Shown: piece by piece, positions 25,960 to 27,630 of the stretch
How the letters are laid out: every line of letters starts with the position of its first letter
Position numbering within the stretch: position 1 is the stretch's first letter
Source: a virus
Taxonomy: Duplodnaviria > Caudoviricetes
Strand: one strand, 5' to 3'
IMG/VR virus record: IMGVR_UViG_3300032318_002287
Coordinates: 1-27,630 of that record
Length of the DNA: 27,630 nt
Translations under genes and position numbers: made by a program
The notes under the pieces: generated by a model
Databases searched by the model: none
Told to the model about the DNA's origin: nothing
What the model saw: the letters and a program-made list of their open reading frames with translations, nothing else

Positions 25960-27630
25960 AGACCAATCAGACATTCTTAAGGAAATTCTTAAGAACTCAA
26001 AAAATCCTAAAGCTATAGAACAAGCTCAAGCGGGATTAGATGAGGCTAAACAAGCTCGCAAAGCAGAGATTGCTTCTCAAATGAAGGGTTCGCTTTCTTC
26101 AACCATTGCTAAGTCTACAGGACCAATAAATGAATCTACTAAAGATTCTGATAATATAAAAGAAATATTAAAAGAATCTAAAGAACAAAATACCAATCTT
26201 CTAAAATTAATAAAACTAAACGAAAAGTCTATTGAAGACAATTCAGAATTGTTTGGTCGTTTAGAAAAAACTATGAACGCAATTGTTGATGCTCTACAAG
26301 AACAAAAGAGACAACAAACAACATCCCAAACTGCTCCATCAAATGTATCTGTTCCACCAGTAAGTCCTACTGTGCCACCTCCTTCAGGTGGCGGAGGAGG
26401 ATTCAATTTAATGGATTTAATACCAGATTTTTTTGGTAATAAAAATAAAACACCTGCACCTGAAGGAACTCCTAAAGGTAATACTGGCGGAGGGTTTTTA
26501 GGAAAATTACTTAAAACTGGTGCAGGTATTGTAGGAGGAGGATTATTAGGTAGTGCAGCTTATGGAATGATGTCTCCTGAACAACAGGAAAAAGCTAAAG
26601 CATTATTGGGTGAAAATGCTGATACTGTAATGGGAGCAGGCGGAGCTGTAGTTGGCGGAGCACTCGGTGCAAAAATAGGACCAAAAGGAGCAGGTGTTTT
26701 ATCTGGAGTTCTTGAAGGAGCTCAATCATATCAGCAAATACAAGAAATTGATGAAAAATTAAAAAAAGGTGAGATTACTCAAGAAGAAGCAACTATCTTA
26801 AAAACTAGATCAGCGACTGGAGGAGTTGGCGGAACTGTTGGAGGTGTTATTGGAGCTTCTGTAGGATCATTAGCAGGTCCTGTTGGTACATTAGCAGGAG
26901 GTTATGTAGGAGCAACCGTAGGAAGAGCAGTAGGTGAAACTGTTCCTGGTCTTGCTGGTATGCAAACTGAAGAAGAACAAAAAAAATATGCTGAGAAAAC
27001 TGCTACTGAACAGAAAAAAATTGCTCAACAAAAAGCACAAGATAATGGCGAACAATATGATGAATTACCTGCAGGTCATCAAAAACCTCGCCCATCAAAT
27101 CCTATGCAAGCACAAGTATGGGATTCAAAGTATGCTAGTGGATGGAATGCAGATGGAACTCCTAAAGGCAAAGTAGAACCTCAGGCTGCACCTGAACCAG
27201 TTTTATCAGACAAAGAAATTCTTGAAAAGAAAATGAATGAACCACAAGATACATTTTCGAAAGGTTTACCTGATAAAGCTACATTAGAAAAGAAAATGAA
27301 TGAACCACAAGATACATTTTCAATTGGTGCTATAAATTATGTTGGCAAAAAAGTAAATGAAATTACTGATGATTATAATCGCGGAACTAGCGGAACATTA
27401 GAAGCACAAAATCTTAATGATCGTATTAAAAAACTCATGGAAGAAAAAGGTATAGATTACAATAAAGCTTATGAAATAGCTCGTGCTGAAGTTGAAGGTA
27501 AAGATCCTTCAGCATTTATGATGTCAACTCAAAATTTGTCTTCTAATAGAGAAATGACACAAAAATCATATGAAAGAAACCAAGATTATTCATCGGCGGT
27601 TGAAACACCAATATATGATGCATTAGGTAA
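25952..27630 (+). CDS. Partial tape-measure-like protein (gp29-like position), at least 559 aa, runs off the right edge
   Basis: Not in the ORF track. MAKDQSDILKEILKNSKNPKAIEQAQ... open to the window end; coiled-coil N-terminus, Pro/Gly linker and glycine-zipper hydrophobic segments; follows gp26/gp51. Confidence 0.65.
   Translation, partial: MAKDQSDILKEILKNSKNPKAIEQAQAGLDEAKQARKAEIASQMKGSLSSTIAKSTGPINESTKDSDNIKEILKESKEQNTNLLKLIKLNEKSIEDNSELFGRLEKTMNAIVDALQEQKRQQTTSQTAPSNVSVPPVSPTVPPPSGGGGGFNLMDLIPDFFGNKNKTPAPEGTPKGNTGGGFLGKLLKTGAGIVGGGLLGSAAYGMMSPEQQEKAKALLGENADTVMGAGGAVVGGALGAKIGPKGAGVLSGVLEGAQSYQQIQEIDEKLKKGEITQEEATILKTRSATGGVGGTVGGVIGASVGSLAGPVGTLAGGYVGATVGRAVGETVPGLAGMQTEEEQKKYAEKTATEQKKIAQQKAQDNGEQYDELPAGHQKPRPSNPMQAQVWDSKYASGWNADGTPKGKVEPQAAPEPVLSDKEILEKKMNEPQDTFSKGLPDKATLEKKMNEPQDTFSIGAINYVGKKVNEITDDYNRGTSGTLEAQNLNDRIKKLMEEKGIDYNKAYEIARAEVEGKDPSAFMMSTQNLSSNREMTQKSYERNQDYSSAVETPIYDALG
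27224..27321 (+). repeat. Perfect 35-bp direct repeat, 63-bp period, in frame
   Basis: GAAAAGAAAATGAATGAACCACAAGATACATTTTC at 27224-27258 and 27287-27321 (EKKMNEPQDTFS twice). Confidence 0.92.

Noticed and set aside
1835-27176. Short ORFs in the track that are antisense to, or nested in, long genes (e.g. 1835-2017, 2340-2534, 4366-4635, 15514-15744, 19556-19831, 24094-24423, 25549-25851, 26077-26406, 26934-27176)
   Set aside because: They overlap well-supported genes, show no recognisable motifs, and are explained as shadow ORFs of codon bias.
9208-27321. Repeats as a CRISPR array or a diversity-generating retroelement TR/VR pair
   Set aside because: The repeats are two-copy, in frame and coding; differences are synonymous third positions, not adenine-specific; no reverse transcriptase or cas gene in the window.
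1-27630. Alternative genetic code (stop-codon reassignment)
   Set aside because: Genes are full length and densely packed under code 11; TAA, TGA and TAG all terminate genes at sensible junctions.

Overview
AT-rich segment of a large T4-like myovirus genome with a 'far-T4' (cyanophage/alphaproteobacterial-phage style) gene order, covering the baseplate and tail morphogenesis module. The left arm is on the minus strand and is transcribed from about 23.3 kb leftwards: gp48, gp53, a putative hub protein, a gp5 locus split over three genes, a 689-aa unknown, gp25, gp6, gp7-like, a fibre-like repeat protein, gp8-like, a VrlC/DUF4815 protein, a small coiled-coil protein and a truncated fibre-like gene. 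The right arm is on the plus strand: gp4, gp2, gp54/gp19-like, gp26, gp51-like and a truncated tape-measure-like gene. Main observations: (1) a candidate programmed -1 frameshift (T TTT TTT plus a hairpin 7 nt downstream) fusing gp26 to a gp51-like ORF that lacks a good start, directly upstream of the tape-measure-like gene, resembling lambda G/GT and P2 E/E'; (2) a tripartite gp5 spike locus: OB fold plus tail lysozyme, an apparently catalytically dead T7-lysozyme-like amidase, and a beta-helix plus M15 peptidase; (3) an ~80-aa module shared by three baseplate proteins, with one copy nested inside another; (4) T4-type late promoters, one predicting a leaderless gp25 mRNA. All family calls come from motif recognition and synteny; no database search was run.
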